Below the pieces are notes generated by a model. The model was not told the origin of the DNA, searched no databases, and saw only the letters and a program-made list of their open reading frames with translations. A program made the position numbers and the translations under genes. Below, piece by piece: positions 36,488 through 48,720 of a DNA stretch of 64,000 nt (position 1 is the stretch's first letter; every line of letters begins with the position of its first letter). Origin of the DNA: Octopus vulgaris (Eukaryota); NCBI GenBank assembly GCA_951406725.2, contig OX597829.1:39308001-39372000 (forward strand), given 5' to 3'.

Positions 36488-36893
36488 TATTTCTTTACTA
36501 CCCACAAGGGGCTAAACACAGAAAGGACAAACAAGGACAGACAAATGGATTAAGTCGATTACATCGACTCCAGTGCATAACTGGTACTGAATTTATCGAC
36601 CCCGAAAGGATGAAAGGCAAAGTCAACCTCGGTGGAATTTGAACTCAGAATGTAACGGCAGACGAAATACCTATTTCTTTACTACCCACAAGGGGCTAAA
36701 CACAGAGAGGACAAACAAGGACAGACAAATGGATTAAGTTGATTACATCGACCCCAGTGCATAACTGGTACTTAATTTATCAACCCCGAAAGGATGAAAG
36801 GCAAAGTCAACCTTGGCGGAATTTGAACTCAGAACGTGGCAGCAGACGAAATACCGCTAAACATTTCGCCCGGTGTGCTAACGATTCTGCCAG
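36488..36893 (-). mobile_element. SINE-A dimer (second unit headless)
   Basis: Same junction at 36671/36672; period 184. Confidence 0.9.
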
Positions 36894-37524
36894 GAAACGA
36901 AAAAGGATGAGAAGAAGGGAGAAAAAAAAGAGAGTGAGAGAAAGACAGGGTAAAAAGGATAAAGGAAGAAAAGAAGGAAGAGCGAGAGGATAAGCAAAAG
37001 AAGGGAGAAGAGAAAGAAAGTGCTGGTGGAATGAAGCTGAGAAGAAATATAAGATGGAGTAAAGGTGTACAGGTGTACACAAGAAATGTTCAGGTAGAAG
37101 GAACATTAAACCCAATGACAAGTTGAACCCAGTATCTGATTAGATATTTCTGTTCGTGCAAATAAAGTGTAAAGTTCTCTGATTTGGCATTCAGGTATAA
37201 CGCCGTGCACAGGTTATACCTGAATGCCAAATCAGAGAACTTTACACTTTATTTGCACGAACAGAAATATCTAATCAGATACTGGGTTCAACTTGTCATT
37301 GGGTTTAATGTTCCTTCTACCTGAACATTTCTTGTGTACACCTGTACACCTTTACTCCATCTTATATTTCTTCTCAGCTTCATTCCACCAGCACTTTCTT
37401 TCTCTTCCCCCTTCTTTTGCTTATCCTCTCGCTCTTCCTTCTTTTCTTCCTTTATCCTTTTTACCCTGTCTTTCTCTCACTCTCTTTTTTTTCTCCCTTC
37501 TTCTCATCCTTTTTCGTTTCCTGG
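36890..37524. repeat. Near-perfect palindrome: 312-bp arms, 11-nt loop
   Basis: 36890-37201 is the reverse complement of 37213-37524 with one mismatch that I could find; mirrored ORFs 36807-37121(-) and 37293-37739(+) agree. Confidence 0.95.
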
Positions 37525-37614
37525 TACTTTCACTTTTCCTTTCTGTCTTTCTATGCCATGATTCTGCCTTTAGCTTCTCTTTCTCTCTCTTTCTTTGTTT
37601 CTCTCTCTCTCTCT

Positions 37615-37659
<45 letters not shown>

Positions 37660-38368
37660 ACTCTCTCTCTCACCAGGGACATAACTCTTTGCCTCTTAAC
37701 CTTGGGTTACTGTCCCTGCACTGTAACCCCATAATATAAAAAAATATTTTACTTTTGTTTTCCCTGAAGTCTTTGAATGCAAAACGCATTTCCTCTGCAG
37801 CCATCTTTACAGAGTGCATTCTAGATCTTATACGAGCACATTTGGTGCCATTGTGGATTTGTATAAAGGACAGACACACACACAGACATTTTGCTATTTA
37901 TATATAGAGAGATGTGTGTGTGTGTGCATGTGTGTATGTTTGTGTGTCTGTGTTTGTCGTCCCCCCCCCAACATCGCTTGACAACCGATGCTGGTGTGTT
38001 TACGTCCCTATAACTTAGCGGTTCGGCAAAAGAGACCGATAGAAAAAGTTACTAGGCTTACAAAGGAGGTGGTATTCCAGCATGCCCAGTGACAGAAACA
38101 AGTAAAAGCTGAAGGTATATTATTTGGCAAAACGCAAAACAGAATTTTATTTACTGTTCAGACTTTAGCAAAAGAAGGGAGCAATCAGCCTACTAAAAAG
38201 AGCAGCCAAATCTCCCTTACCAAAAAAAAAAAAAAGTAAAGAAAAGCTGACACGGTGGATGTTTAATCTGAAAAACAGACATGATAGTTACAGTTGAAAC
38301 ACATGAAAACCTAAATCCAAACAAGCAGGACTGACTGAAGTTTTGAGAACTATTCTTTTATTCATGAA

Positions 38369-38708
38369 CTAGCATATTGACCCGGCAACATCGGGTCATA
38401 GTGCTAGTGCTTACAAAGTGCTTTCAAAGGAGTGCTTACATACACGCGAGTACTGTCCAAATCTCCAACCAATCACATACAGCTAGCTGGCATTCAATTG
38501 GCGTATCAAGTTTCGGGCATTTTGATTGGGTTTTGGATAGAAAATTCACAAAAAAAGTCACTTCTATTGATTTTTTAATGACTTTGCGGAGTGACTGGGC
38601 GGTTTTGAATGACTATAGAAAGTGTGAGCCCTCTAACTGAAAAATTGTGGATTTGTATAAAGGACACACACACAGACAGACTTTTTGCCATTTATATATA
38701 TATATAGA
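38369..38708 (-). mobile_element. Helitron family H2, complete termini
   Basis: A|CTAGCATATTGACCCGG..GGGTCATAGTGCTAG at left, ..TATATATAGA|T at right (TC..CTAG on the minus strand, A/T target). A further 5'-end fragment lies at about 37850-37912. Confidence 0.8.
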
Positions 38709-38977
38709 TTCTTTTACCTGTTTCAGTCTTTGCTCTGAATCGACCCCCAGTACTTTTTCCTTTTAAGCCTGGTAGTCATTCCATCAGTCTTCTTTGTCAA
38801 AATACTAAGCTGTGGGGATGTAAACACTAAGACTCACACACATCATGGGCTTCTCTCAGTTTCTGTCAACCAAACCCACTAACAAGGCTTTACTTGGCCC
38901 AAGGTACCATGCTGAGGGACTGAACCCAGAACTGTGTAATTGGGAAATAAAGTTCTTATCGCATGGCCACACCTGCA

Positions 38978-39013
<36 letters not shown>

Positions 39014-39052
39014 AACAAACGTACTTAGAAATGGATGCGTGCATTCTGTCGT

Positions 39053-39143
39053 ATAACAAATTAATAAATAAAACATATGCACATATACAAACATATATGT
39101 ACGTACCTACATATATGCATATGTTTTATTTATTAATTTGTTA

Positions 39144-39144
<1 letters not shown>
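39053..39144. repeat. Short fold-back (29-bp arms), same family as 40316-40827
   Basis: Arms 39053-39081 / 39116-39144; spacer ATACAAACATATATGTACGTACCTAC is shared with 40345-40370. Confidence 0.85.
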
Positions 39145-39177
<33 letters not shown>

Positions 39178-39479
39178 CTGATTAACAATGTTCTAGCATG
39201 CATGACACATTAAACTCACGTTTCTACATATTTAATGTAGTCATTGGTTATGGCTGGTCAGAAAGTTACCATTGGTTTCATGTCTGTTACTGCTCTTAGC
39301 AATATAGTCAACTCATCAAAGATGCCGGCCAGAGGGACATAAACTCTTTGCTAATGGAGATAAGAATACCATCTTGGTCAGTAAGTTTGTGAAAAAAAAA
39401 CTCCAGAAATGAAATTTTTTCCATGTGGAACTCCCTTCTATGTGAGATGGTGTTATCTCCCTTTGATCAGCACTATTTG

Positions 39480-39870
39480 TGTACAATTTATGTACAATTT
39501 TTGTTTACTAGCCAGCAAGAGGGGAATTCCATGTCTTTAACATGAATCTTTTCTTATGATGGCACCAACTAAACAACTCGCTTTTAGACTTTATGAAGGC
39601 TCCTCAGTCATGTCCTTAATTTCTTTTGGAAATGCCCTCTAGGTTGACTCAATTCTTGTAATGTTTTGTTTTGTGTGGGGAGGCCACAGTTGGCAGCAGT
39701 GGTCTTTGTGTTGTTGAAAAGGGGGAAAAAAAGGGAAATGATGATACCTTGCTCTCTGGACCTGAAAGTTCTGAGGATCCAAGATCTCATCCTGTGAGTC
39801 ATAATGGTTTTACTGCTGATGTGGGCACTTCAGCTGTTAACTGTTGTCAGCAATCACTCCGGATATTGTA
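39480..39870 (-). mobile_element. Decayed CR1-clade RT C-terminal fragment
   Basis: ORF 39608-39802 ..RMRSWILRTFRSRE.. is typical of the CR1/L2 region after the RT core. Confidence 0.65.
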
Positions 39871-39904
39871 ATTCCCATGAAAGAAGAGAATATGGTTGTT
39901 TAAG

Positions 39905-40296
39905 TAGTTGTGGCTGATGCCAGTGTCTCATACTTGGCACCCATGCCAGTGGCATGTAAAAAGCACTCTTCGATCTTTGCGTTCTCATGGAGGCAGTGAC
40001 AAGTGATCAAGACGTTTGGTAATATACTATTCTTGAGAAGACCTGTAAAGCCAAGTGAAATCATTGTTATGGCCAATGCTGGTGTTTTGTAACTGGCACC
40101 CATGCTGGTGGCATGTAAAAAGCACCCACTACATGCTTGGAGGGCTTGGCATTAGGAGGGGCATCCAGCTGTAGAAGCCATGCCAAATCAGATGGAAACC
40201 TTAGTGCAACTCCTCAGCTTACCAGTTTTCAGACAACCTGTCCAACCCATGCCAGCATAGAAAACAAATGTTAAAGGATGATGAAGATGATGATGA
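39905..40296 (+). mobile_element. RTE 3'-UTR/tail copy
   Basis: GGCATGTAAAAAGCAC units, GGGCATCCAGCTGTAGAA and (GAT)n tail. Similar copies at about 41940-42130, 48735-48970(-), 49660-49897, 59772-60047, 61420-61700, 62150-62355 and 63860-64000(-). Confidence 0.8.
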
Positions 40297-40315
40297 TATA
40301 TATATATATATATAT

Positions 40316-40827
40316 ATAGTGTAATAAATAAAATATATGCATACATACAAACATATATGTACGTACCTACATCTACATGTACATATACATGCATATATAA
40401 ATATATATGTAAGAACAGGACACCACAACTAGACGTAGAACTCATCGAGAAACGAAAACGGAAAAACAAGCATGGAACAAACCATTATTTTATAACAGAA
40501 AAACAGAGTACAAGACAAACTACACAAGGAAAAATCCCCTTCATCAGCTGTCCCTAGTTCGACTTTAGCGTGTTTCGAAGGTAAGACAGAACACGACTCG
40601 TCGAAACTAGCCCTTCCTGTGAGAGAATTAAAATAAAATTACTTCGCAGAGGGGTAAAAACAAGAAAGAAAAAAATAAAATGTAACACAAACATTTTATG
40701 AGTTCTACGTCTAGTTGTGGTGTCCTGTTCTTACGTATACATTTATATATGCATGTATATGTACATGTAGATGTAGGTACGTACATATATGTTTGTATGT
40801 ATGCATATATTTTATTTATTACACTAT
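40316..40827 (-). mobile_element. Fold-back mini-element (130-bp arms) with degenerate hammerhead-like motifs in the spacer; PLE-like
   Basis: 40316-40445 vs 40698-40827 inverted with 2 mismatches; minus-strand spacer CCTTC-GAAA-CACGC-TA..GGACAG-CTGATGA-AGGGG. Confidence 0.6.
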
Positions 40828-40900
40828 TGTTTGACAGCGCCCTTGCGTCGATTCGATTCGATTCGTTTGTTTCGTTCCGTTCTTCTTCTTCTCCAAGTAC

Positions 40901-40943
<43 letters not shown>

Positions 40944-41119
40944 TATATAACTGGGGGGAATTATCTCTAACTCTCCATTCCTGTCTTCATGGCCCTGTTC
41001 ACTGTATCATTGTTATCCAGTAAGTCCCTCCACTACATACCCAGGTTTTCATCATTCACTACATTCTACTCCCCCACTCTATACTCGTGCTTCTTTGGCA
41101 ATACTCTACCACTTATATC

Positions 41120-41520
41120 TATTTCTTTACTACCCACAAGGGGCTAAACACAGAGAGGACAAACAAAGACAGACAAATGGATTAAGTCGATTATATCAGA
41201 CCCAGTGCATAACTGGTACTTATTTAATCGACCCCGAAAGGATGAAAAGCAAAGTCAACTTTGGCGGAATTTGAACTCAGAACATAGCAGCAGATGAAAT
41301 ACCTATTTCTTTACTACCCACAAGGGGCTTAAACACAGAGGGGACAAACAAGGACAGGCAAACGGATTAAGTCGATTATATCAACCCCAGTGTGTAACTG
41401 GTACTTAATTTATCGATCCTGAAAGGATGAAAGGCAAAGTCGACCTCGGTGGAATTTGAACTCAGAACGTAGTGGCAGACGAAATAGCCCCACATGCTAA
41501 CATTTCTACCAGCTCGCCGC
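41120..41520 (-). mobile_element. SINE-A dimer (second unit headless)
   Basis: Same junction at 41303/41304; period 184. Confidence 0.9.
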
Positions 41521-42179
41521 GTTAAATCATGGCCTCCATACCCCAAAGGTATGCCCTGGCACTTGCCACCATCTCTCTCTCTCTCCTTTTACTCAACCAT
41601 CCTATTTATATTCTGATCCTTGTCCCTTGTAAGTATGCCCAGCATTTTGCCATCATCTCTCTCTTCCTCTCTCTCTCTCTTGCATTCTTGCTGTTTCTCA
41701 TTCTCTCTCTCTTCATCTCCTGCTCTTCCACTCAGGTTGGGTAACAATGAATCTCCTTTACAGCAACACACCTGTTTCGGTCCTCATTTTCTTTCTTTCT
41801 CTCTCTCCCTGCGTTCTCTCTGGCTGAGTAACCTTGTACCTCCCCTACAGCAAAATACCTGTTTCTGCCTCTCTGTCTCACTACAGTCTTTTCATCATCT
41901 GACACAAGATCCCCTCCTCCAATGCTCCTCCACTCTTAAAGGATCTTTGTCTTGCAAGTTACTTGATGACTCAGCCAGTGCTGGTGCCACTTAAAAAAGT
42001 ATCCAGTCCACACTGTAAAGTGGTTGGTGTTTAGAAGAACATCCAGCTGTAAAAATCCTGCCAAAACTGACCTTGCATGTGCTTGTGCCATGTAACAAGC
42101 ACTCAGTCCACTCTGCGGAGTGGTTTGTGTTTTTGGTTGGTTTTGGGGGCTGAATGGATTAATTATATTTAAATTAATT

Positions 42180-42288
42180 TCAATGGGGTAAAATTGATTT
42201 GTAAAATGAGTAAATTGTAAAATGAACTCAGTCATGGAACAAATTAAACTCATACTATGAAGCATCACTGTATACACACACACACAAC

Positions 42289-42332
<44 letters not shown>

Positions 42333-42745
42333 TAATAATAATAATAATAATATTAGGGAGTATAACTCCAAACTTACAGGGAAAAATTCAATTTAGTATG
42401 AAGTCAAGTTTCACAGTATAAATATATAATATATATAAATTAGAGAAAAATCACTATTATATAATTCAAACAATGATAGACACAAACCAAATCATAAAGA
42501 AAAAAGAAATATATTATAAAACATATAACTAGATCACAAAAAGTACAAAAAATGAATAAACAATATATAAGTACTTATATATTGTTTATTATATATTACT
42601 TATTATATATTGATTATTCATTTTTATACTTTTTGTGATCTAGTTATATGTTTTATAATATATTTTATTTTTTCTTTATGATTTGGTTTATGTCTATCAT
42701 TGTTTGAATTGCATAATAGTGGTTTTTCTCTAATTTATATATATA
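42180..42745. repeat. AT-rich fold-back repeat X (inverted arms about 42430-42560 / 42613-42745)
   Basis: Long imperfect inverted repeat around a palindromic core centred on AAGTACTT (about 42570); inverted copy at 6621-7065. Confidence 0.85.
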
Positions 42746-43140
42746 CTAGCAGTATCGCCCGGCATTGCTCGGGTTTGTAAGGGAAATAACTATATAAGCA
42801 CTTTTAGAGATGTAAAGTATAATAGCCATCTCAATATGGCTAACCACAAAGGGGGGGTGTTACTGTAGCTTTTTACGTTCTGAGATTTAATAATAAATTT
42901 TTAGAGAGTTACTTCCCTTATATATGCCAAAATGCATTAAAAATGGGAAAAATTGATGGTAAATTTTTTTTTAAATCGTAGACTCATCGTAGACGCATGC
43001 TAGTACCCAGAAGGGCTTGATATGAATCACGACTATAAGATACCCGGTTTTGGTTAAACTGCACTGCAAAATGTGGGAGTAGTTAGGAATCTAAATCGTA
43101 GGAGACAAACAGCACACAACCTCACTTTTATATATAAAGA
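42746..43140 (-). mobile_element. Helitron H1 copy D
   Basis: A|CTAGCAGTATCGCCCGGCATTGCTCGGG ... TTTTATATATAAAGA|T. Confidence 0.88.
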
Positions 43141-43299
43141 TATAACCAGTGTGCCCACAGAGGGACATATTTAACTTCATGTAAATGATAAATTCTCTTG
43201 TTTTGAACAACAAATGAGGGTTCAGTAAAATAAATCGTTAATCATATTCTATGGACACGAATGTGTCTCTTGAGGCCTGCTGGTGCCTTGCAAACCTTT

Positions 43300-46200
43300 T
43301 TGGCAAATGGAACAAATTGAGGACTCAGTTTACTTGAGTGCTTGTGGATCATTTAATATGTTTCCTCCTTCACTTATCTGTCACTTAAGTGGACAGCAAG
43401 GCCTGCCTTGCTTTGTGTCACAAAATCACAAGGATAAGTAAGGTTTCCATTTGAGGGAGCGTCATTTTTCCAGCGTTCCTTCATAATTGCACAAAGTTCA
43501 CCCCGACATTAGCGTCAACTTTGTTCAAATTTTTGAACTAAGGAGAAGTAGGACTGGTACTGCGTCCTGCATTCTGATGCTTTGTTTTTCCAGGAAGAAA
43601 AGGGAATGTTGTATCACTTCATATTGTCTTTTAGTTTGTCCAGCTGACTTTCCCATTGGGAATTGGTCAAAGAGAAGTTGCTTTGGAATTCTGATATCAC
43701 TCATATGTGAAAGATGACTTAACGATCTAAGCAGTATTTTGATGAGGATAGCTTCAACACCTGATTTGTTGCATTTTGTTAATACCGCACTGTTACGAAT
43801 ATGGTCACTCGGTTTTATGTGGAGATAATATGCAAGCATCACATATGAAAAGCCTCAAGCTGGTTGATGTGCTTTCTGTACTGAGTCCAAGATTCAGCAC
43901 CATAAAACAATGATGTCAAGACCACTGACTTATATATACATTGACTTTCTCCTTCAACGATACATCGTGGCTGTTTCAAAGCCTGTGATAAAGCTTATCA
44001 AAAGTGGAACTAACCTTCCCAATTCTGAATTCAGTTTCTTTATCCGTCTTCACACCATTGGACACAATGGAACCACGATAAGTGAAGGAGGAAACAGGTT
44101 TTAATGCTTTCCCATCAACATATACAGTAGAGGCAACAGTGGGAAGATGGTCACTAAAGGGCTGATGGACAAGCTCAGTTTTCTTGGTGCTGATGGTCAG
44201 ACCAAAAGCATTCGATGCATGTGAGAAGTTGCTTAGAATTTGTTGCATGTCCTCAAGAGTGTGTGCTATTGGCACACAATCATCTGCAAAAGGCAAATCT
44301 CAAACTGTTTGCACTAAAGTTTTTGTTTTTGCTTTGAAGTGCTGTTGGCTGAACAAGCCACTACCAGTTCTGTACTTGAACTTTACTCCTTCTTTAACAC
44401 CTTTGAATGCTGTTTCCAACATGATGGACAAATACAAAGCAAAGAAGAGCTGTGCAAGAACACAGCTTTGTTTTGTCCCAATTGAAACTGTGAATGAATA
44501 AAATACTTCCCCGCTAGATCTGACAAAAGCCATCATCGCTTGATGGAAAGAAACGATAACATTGAGCAACTTTTTGGGAACACCTAGCTTTCTAAGGAAA
44601 ACCCAAAGAGCATCCCTAGATACAGTGTTGAAAGCTTTAGTTAGATTTACAAAAGTGACAAAAAGGTCTTGATTGTGCTCACAAGCCTTTTCCTGCAGCT
44701 GTGTTAGGCTAAAGATTATATCCATTGTGCCTCCACCATCCCAAAATTCAGGCAACACCAAGCTGTCAAGGGCATCAGTTAGTCTGTTTAAGATAACACT
44801 TCCAAGGATCTTCCTGACAACATACAAAAGGGAGATACCTCTATGGTTGTCACATTTACATTTGTTGCCTTTGTGCTTATAAAGATAGACAATAGAAGTG
44901 TCTTTAAACTCCTGTAAGACTGATCCTGATTCCCAGATTAAGGAGAAGGGGTTCACATAACTTGTTCAGCACATTTATATATCTCAGCTGGTATGCCATC
45001 ATTTTCAGACAACTTTCCATTTATGAGCTGTTTTAAAGCCTTTTTTATTTCAGGATTTGATGGAGCAACAAGACAGTTTTTCAAGGACAGGGCTTTGTGG
45101 TAGGTTGTTGGTCAGTTCTTTATCAACAATTGAATCCATATTCAGAACATTTGAAAAGTCCTCTGCTCAGCACTTCATGATTTCCGTTTCATCTATCTTG
45201 ATTACCTTCAGTTGAAAGTATGGGAGTTGAGCCACCAGACACAGGTCCAAAAGTACCCTTTAAATTCTGGTAGATTGACCTGGAATCACATCTGTCGACA
45301 GCATCCTGCAACTCTTGTGCCTGCCTTTGCCACCATATCTGTTTCATTTGCTTCAGTTGAGACTGACATGTATTCTTGACCTTTTTAAACTCATTGCATT
45401 TTATGGCATTATTTTTATTTGACATCTATTGACAGTGGCACATGTGAATATTGCCCAAAAGAGGAAAGATGTTTGGATCATTTGAATCAAACCAATCTTG
45501 GTGGTTCCTCTTGACATACCCAAGTGTTTCACAAGATGACTCAAATACAGCATTTTTAAAAGCAGACCACACTAATTCAATATCTGTGTTGCCTGAAATG
45601 CCAGCAATTTTGTTGCTACAGGTTGTTTGAAGTGAGGTTAAATTGTCATTGTTCCTCAACTTTGTCTCATCCACTTTCTGAATTGGTCAATTGTGGATTG
45701 CTATGAATAGGACTGTGGATAGTAAAATTCTCCTTTGACCATATCAGTCTACGGTCAGACCAACACTCCCCAATGGAGAAAGAATGTGTTACTTGGACAT
45801 CTTCTGTTATGAAAGACCCCACAATTATGTAATCAATAAGGTGATAATGATTTGATTGGGGATGCTTCCAGGTAGTTTTGAGGTAGCTTGGGAGTTGGAA
45901 AATAATATTGGTAATCAAAAGTCCATACTTACTGCAAAGCAATAGCAGCAGATGACCATTTGAGTTTGCTTTGCCAACCCCATGCTTCTCTATTACATCA
46001 CCCCATATGAATATATACCCAACATATGCATGCACTGGAATCACCAATGAGAAGTGGAGACACCTCTCAACTGGCTACATAGCTCAGAGTAGAACTGCTC
46101 TTTGATTGCTTCATTTGAGTTCATGGTTGGAGCATAGCAGCTGAAAATAGTTGAATATTTATTTTTGCCAATGCAGATACACAATAATATGAGTCTTTCA

Positions 46201-46425
46201 CTAATGCCAACAGGCAGAGATTCAACATGTTTCACTAAATCATTCTGAATAAAACCCCAACACCTGTCTCTTTCTTTACATCCTGAGGCTTACTCATCCA
46301 GAAAAAAATCTATCCACCATCAACTTCTTGTAGCTGACCACAGTCCACTAATCTGGTTTCTGAAAGAGCTGCAATTCCAATATTTTTTCTTTCAGGACAC
46401 AGGCAACCAAAGCAGTCCTGTGTTC
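43300..46425 (-). mobile_element. Near full-length decayed RTE/BovB-type LINE (APE endonuclease + RT)
   Basis: Collinear ORF pieces: ..AALSETR, SCYAPT (46041-46235), TTWKHPQSNHYHLIDYI (45667-46047), HQDWFD, NHRGISLL..FVNLTKAFNTV (44300-44956), FADD..FGLTISTKKT (43976-44296), RIPKQLLF (43525-43842). Confidence 0.92.
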
Positions 46426-46427
46426 TA

Positions 46428-46757
46428 TACTCTTTACTCTTTTACTTGTTTCAGTCATTTGACTGCGGCCATGCTGGAGCACCGCCTTTAGTCGAGCAAC
46501 TCGACCCCAGGACTTATTCATTGTAAGCCTAGTACTTATACTATCGGGCTCCTTTTACCGAACCGCTAAGTTACGGGGACGTAAACACATCAGCATCGGT
46601 TGTCAAGCGATGTTGGGGGGACAAACACAGACACGCAAACATACGCACACACATACATATATATATATATACATATATACGACAGGCTTCTTTCAGTTTC
46701 CATCTACCAAATCCACTCACAAGGCTTTGGTCGGCCCGAGGCTATAGTAGAAGGCAC
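46428..46757 (-). mobile_element. SINE family B, 5'-truncated, inserted near the LINE 5' region
   Basis: Near-identical to 10701-11040, including the (CTCTTTTA)n tail. Confidence 0.88.
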
Positions 46758-47557
46758 TTTTTTTTTTTTTGCTTTTACTGAAGGGTTCTCACATTCCAAG
46801 ATGCAACAAAAAGGTTTTTTTTATGTTTTCTATTTGCTAAACCACTCCATCAACTCATGATGGTGGTATTTGTTGAAAGTATTTCACTGAACAACTTGCT
46901 CATAGGTTTTGCTTATAGTGGTCATTGCTTGTGCAGCACAATGCACACTCTCTCCATCAAAAATGCATTTACCTGTACTGGTGCACAGTGTGCCATGTGT
47001 CAGATGCTAAAGCAATCGCAGGTTTGCGATCAGAGTGGCCTTCTCTTAGTCTAGTTCAGAGGTTCTCAAACTTTTTGGGCCACTGCCCACCCTCATAACC
47101 AGAAAATACCCCTATTTTTATGTATAAATAAATATTTTATATTTTACTAATTTATATATACTATGAATCATTTGATATTTAATATAATATTATATAATTT
47201 GTATAAAATACTATAATAATATTATAATAAATTCATAGCGCCCTCCAGTTCACTGCCTTCCTCCCAACGCCTCCTTTTTCTCTACCATCCCCTTAGGCAC
47301 CAGCATCCACTTGGACCCTCTCAAAGCCCACCTATGGCCTAGTTGCTCAAAAGCTACAGAGCCCTATGGGTAAGTAGATGCTGATAGTGCACATCAACTA
47401 AGGAGACTGTCACCAACTACAAACCTGATATTATATCAGAGTTTTCCTTCTAGATGGGTTGCTCTCATTATGGCTAAGGAGCTCCGTACATAAATAAACA
47501 AAAAAAGAAAAGTAAAAATATATGAGATTTAAGAATATAAATAAGATATATGAAAGC

Positions 47558-47629
<72 letters not shown>

Positions 47630-47631
<2 letters not shown>

Positions 47632-48085
47632 CGAGCAAACGCCCCCCCTTTCCGATCGTCCCATAGGCCTCCCCTTTGAGAAACACTGATTTAACCTAAA
47701 TTTTAGACACCAGCAAAAGAAGAAATAAAGATAGACTTTTTTTCTATTCAAAGAAAAACGATTTTATTCACACAAATATGCAACTGAAGAGTTTAAAGTA
47801 CCAGTAATGATAAGGCTGTTGACTGGGAGAACACAAACATGGTTTAAACAGTAAGCTTGGCAAAAACAACAAAAATGGAAGGTGCAGTTATGTACAGGTT
47901 GATGGAAGAAAAGCAGGACAAAAACAGCTTTATCGATCGCATTCTTACCTGGAATCGATTTTTGTAATTTTTTCAAGACTTATACACGCCCTGATACCAT
48001 CGGTATCTACATATCAAATTTGAGCGCAATCGGATGGAGGATGCCCAAGATCCGAGAAGACACACAGCACAGACAGAAAGAACAG

Positions 48086-48100
<15 letters not shown>
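47630..48100 (-). mobile_element. Probable third non-autonomous Helitron-like repeat
   Basis: Right end ..CAAATTTGAGCGCAATCGGATG..ACAGACAG..TTTTATATATAT has the same architecture as the H1/H2 5' ends; the 3' end is degenerate. Confidence 0.4.
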
Positions 48101-48153
<53 letters not shown>

Positions 48154-48176
48154 CATACATACATACATATATATAT

Positions 48177-48720
48177 AACTTAACTTAGAATAACTTAGAA
48201 AGGTTTTGGCCAGTATTGGCCCAGGCCATGTCTAACTTAATAGCACCACCTGGCGAAGTCTTTCAGTTCAGGATTTGGGCACCAAGGCCCATTCGAGCAG
48301 AGAGTTATTGTTTGCGGAGACATATCCGGGTGTGGGTGGTTTGTCCGGTACTGTTTGAAGGAATTTGTCCAAAGACTTCTTGAATTTTGTGTGGTCAGTT
48401 TCTTTTTTGACGTGTCCTGGTGTAATGTTGAAGAGAGCGGGTCCAATTGAGGTGAAATAATTGTGCCGTATTGTTGTTATGTGATGCGATTTAGATTTTT
48501 GTTGTGGACAGATGGCACGTGGTCCAAGCCTTGAATGCATTTTGAAGGTGATGCCAACATCATTCGGACAGTGCTGATGGAATATTTTCCACATCATACA
48601 GATAATGTAGCGTTCACGGCGTCGTTGGAGTGAATACAATTTCAGCTTCTCTAGTCTACCCCAGTAGTCAAGGTCTGACATGCCATCTATCTTTTTTGTG
48701 ATTGACCTTTGGGGAGCTTC
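48177..48720 (-). mobile_element. CR1-clade LINE 3' end
   Basis: ORF 48268-48777: QRSITKKIDGMSDLDYWGRLEKLKLYSLQRRRERY..GPALFN..FKKSLDKFLQTVPDKP; short (TTCTAAGTTA)-type tail. Confidence 0.9.

Noticed and set aside
37293-37739. Mirrored hydrophobic ORFs MSLGLMFLLPEHF.. on both strands
   Set aside because: Consequence of the palindrome and CT-rich sequence; non-ATG start and no protein-like features.
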